Origin: an uncultured Alphaproteobacteria bacterium
Lineage (GTDB): Bacteria > Pseudomonadota > Alphaproteobacteria > UBA7879 > UBA5542
DNA length: 64,000 nucleotides
Direction of reading: 5' to 3'
NCBI GenBank assembly: GCA_903912365.1
Contig: CAIWGV010000004.1
Coordinates: 11,710-75,709 of the forward strand
The translations under genes were made by a program, and so were the position numbers. This document shows positions 61,512 through 64,000 of the stretch, piece after piece (within the stretch, counting starts at the first letter, position 1; each line of letters begins with the position of its first letter). The notes below the pieces were generated by a model that had not been told where the DNA came from, searched no databases, and saw nothing but the letters and a program-made list of their open reading frames with translations.

Positions 61512-61582
61512 TGCCAAACCATTGTTTTTTGTTCACAAAAATGATACGTTAATAGAACAAATTAAAAATTAAAGGTATATCT

Positions 61583-61894
61583 ATGTCAGGGAAGACAGTT
61601 ACCCGAGTCCACTTAAGTCAAGCTTTAAGAAAGAAAACCGGTCTTAGCCGTAAAGAATCCCTGGGATCCATAGAGGCGGTTCTGAACGAAATAGTTATGG
61701 TTTTGAAAGAAGATAAAAGCATAAAAATACCTCTGTTCGGGGTGTTCTTTGCCCGCCAAAAAAAAGAACGCATGGGCCGCAATCCTAAGACCTTAAAAGA
61801 CGCGGTGATTTCGGCGCGAAAAGTGGCCGGGTTCCGCGTTTCACGCCTCATGAAGGACCGCATTGATCTTTCTCTTAAGAAGAAAAAACACTAA
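61583..61894 (+). CDS. ihfA: Integration host factor alpha subunit
   Basis: The HU/IHF fold is present, with the …GRNPKT…ARKVAGFR… arm. KTVTRVHLSQAL is an alphaproteobacterial IHF-alpha-like N-terminus. Confidence 0.75.
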   Translation: MSGKTVTRVHLSQALRKKTGLSRKESLGSIEAVLNEIVMVLKEDKSIKIPLFGVFFARQKKERMGRNPKTLKDAVISARKVAGFRVSRLMKDRIDLSLKKKKH

Positions 61895-61945
61895 ATTCTG
61901 AGACAATCTTGTTTTTTTCCTTATAAAGCCGTATATTCCTCTCCG

Positions 61946-62022
61946 TAATGATGTCGGAGTGTGGCGCAGCCCGGTAGCGCACTACGCTGGGGGTGTAGGG
62001 GTCGTGGGTTCGAATCCCGCCA
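61946..62022 (+). tRNA. tRNA-Pro (anticodon GGG)
   Basis: Hand-folded: acceptor CGGAGTG/CACTCCG, D-stem GCGC, anticodon stem CTACG/TGTAG around loop CTGGGGG, T-arm GTGGG-TTCGAAT-CCCGC, discriminator A, and CCA. Confidence 0.85.
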
Positions 62023-62172
62023 CTCCGACCATTATCAAATCAGGTTGGAAGACCAGCTCAAAACCTACGGTATTATTTTACCGCCATCATTTTTCTCATA
62101 TAAATGCTTGCTTTCCGGGGCAAATTAGTTTACATATACGTTCATATTAACTTAAAGTTTTTGAGAGAAGAA

Positions 62173-62631
62173 ATGAAAACATATTCGATGAAGGCGTCTG
62201 AGATCCAGAAAAACTGGCATATCATTGATGCAGAAGGTCTTGTTTTGGGGCGTATGGCCTCTATCGTTGCAAACTATTTGCGCGGCAAGCACAAACCAGA
62301 ATTTACTCCGCACATGGACTGTGGGGACTTTGTTGTTATCATCAATGCTGAGAAGATAAAGCTCACAGGTAACAAGCTGAAAAACAAAATTTTCTATTGG
62401 CACACAGGACATCCCGGTGGAATCAAAGAACGTACCATGGAAAAGATCCTGGGAAGTGCGCATCCGGAACGGGTGGTTGAGAAGGCTGTTCAAAGAATGA
62501 TTACGCGCGGTCCTTTGGGACGTCAGCAGATGTCTCACTTGTTTGCTTATAAGGGACCTAACCATCCTCATGAAGCCCAGCAGCCAGCGTTTTTAGACGT
62601 GGCGGCCATGAACCCAAAGAATAAAAGGTAA
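62173..62631 (+). CDS. rplM: 50S ribosomal protein L13
   Basis: [30 protein letters not shown] is the L13 N-terminus. Confidence 0.9.
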   Translation: MKTYSMKASEIQKNWHIIDAEGLVLGRMASIVANYLRGKHKPEFTPHMDCGDFVVIINAEKIKLTGNKLKNKIFYWHTGHPGGIKERTMEKILGSAHPERVVEKAVQRMITRGPLGRQQMSHLFAYKGPNHPHEAQQPAFLDVAAMNPKNKR

Positions 62632-62636
62632 TTATT

Positions 62637-63140
62637 ATGACAGAAAAATCTATGGAATCAGTAACACCTAAAGCTGTTGTGAAAGCCTTGCGGGTTTCTT
62701 CAGCGACAAAGTCTGAAGTTGTGGGCACAGAAAAAACATCAAAGATTGATGCCTTGGGTCGTGCTAGCGCCACCGGTCGCCGGAAGGATGCTATTGCGCG
62801 GGTTTGGATTAAGTCCGGATCTGGAAAAGTTCTTGTGAATGATCGGGATTGGAATACGTATTTTGCGCGCCCCACGTTGCGGATGATCATCAACCAACCG
62901 TTGGAAGTTGTTCAGCGCGTGGGTCAGTATGACATTATCTGCACGGTTGTGGGCGGTGGACTCTCAGGACAAGCGGGGGCCTTGCGTCATGGTTTAAGCC
63001 GGGCGTTGATTAATTTTGAGCCAGAGCTTCGGGGAATCCTGAAGGCCGGTGGGTTCTTAACCCGGGATAGCCGTACTGTTGAGCGTAAGAAATTTGGACG
63101 TGCGAAAGCTCGTCGTCGCTTCCAGTTCTCTAAGCGTTAA
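62637..63140 (+). CDS. rpsI: 30S ribosomal protein S9
   Basis: The C-terminus RRFQFSKR is the S9 signature. Confidence 0.9.
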   Translation: MTEKSMESVTPKAVVKALRVSSATKSEVVGTEKTSKIDALGRASATGRRKDAIARVWIKSGSGKVLVNDRDWNTYFARPTLRMIINQPLEVVQRVGQYDIICTVVGGGLSGQAGALRHGLSRALINFEPELRGILKAGGFLTRDSRTVERKKFGRAKARRRFQFSKR

Positions 63141-63163
63141 TTCAAACAAACTCTTTTTTTTGG

Positions 63164-63194
63164 AGGGCGGGAAACTATACCCGCCCTTTTTTTA
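63164..63194 (+). terminator. Rho-independent terminator after rpsI
   Basis: GGGCGGG-aaactata-CCCGCCC stem, then TTTTTTTAT. Confidence 0.55.
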
Positions 63195-63330
63195 TTTGTC
63201 TTTGAAGCGGAGGAGATAATTTGGCTGATGAAGAGAGGAGAAGAATAATCCCAAAAAAATTAATCTTTCCCTCAAAAACACCTTTGCCAAAAGCCAGACA
63301 TGGGATATAACTAAGATATAGCTAAAATAA

Positions 63331-64000
<670 letters not shown>

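Noticed and set aside
61959-62150. 63-aa ORF overlapping tRNA-Pro
   Set aside because: It overlaps a well-folded tRNA gene on the same strand and is a spurious ORF.

Overview
The window looks like a chromosomal segment of an alphaproteobacterium, possibly an intracellular or symbiotic lineage. That inference rests on gene content: class II B12-dependent ribonucleotide reductase, a short E1-beta in the pdhABC-lpd-lipA block, gatCAB, IHF-alpha, and many signal-peptide ORFs with no recognisable homology. Most of the window is housekeeping on both strands:

- pepA-holC; gmhB-plsC; ftsEX with a DUF218 gene; alaS.
- rplU-rpmA; yfgM-bamB-der; coq7; dsbB-like; uvrD; pcm.
- lipA-lpd-pdhCBA-gatBAC; rnd; nrdJ; NDUFA12-like; mlaD.
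- hldD; atoE; galU-ugd-manB; ihfA; rplM-rpsI; mreB (partial).
- Two tRNAs: tRNA-Leu(CAA) on the minus strand and tRNA-Pro(GGG) on the plus strand.

Between these blocks are accessory-looking islets:

1. A ~300-340 bp noncoding element with nested terminal inverted repeats, present twice (6206-6547 and 19214-19514). It looks MITE-like. I found no transposase or integrase ORF anywhere in the window.
2. A secreted-protein gene (31458-32362) interrupted by a 15-G homopolymer. Changing the tract by +1 or -2 G fuses two ORFs, so this is a phase-variation candidate unless it is a homopolymer sequencing error.
3. A secreted ORF (45397-46308) carrying OTU-deubiquitinase-like Cys (GDGTCGYYA) and His (GQHFDLL) motifs, consistent with a eukaryote-like effector.
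4. A paralogous pair of large signal-peptide proteins (12962-15082 and 23372-24883). The first contains about 6-8 degenerate ~35-aa tandem repeats of the form SQEWVxxMxQxY.
5. A tandem duplication of membrane-anchored ORFs (15982-16968 and 16977-17954) followed by a Bcr/CflA-type MFS transporter.
6. A FosA/FosX-like VOC-family gene in a secreted-protein islet. An ~80-bp block containing its promoter and first 7 codons is duplicated 1 kb away.
7. A divergent secreted S8 subtilase, and a secreted protein with an HExxH motif.

I found no CRISPR array. None of the functional assignments for the hypothetical proteins could be checked against databases here.
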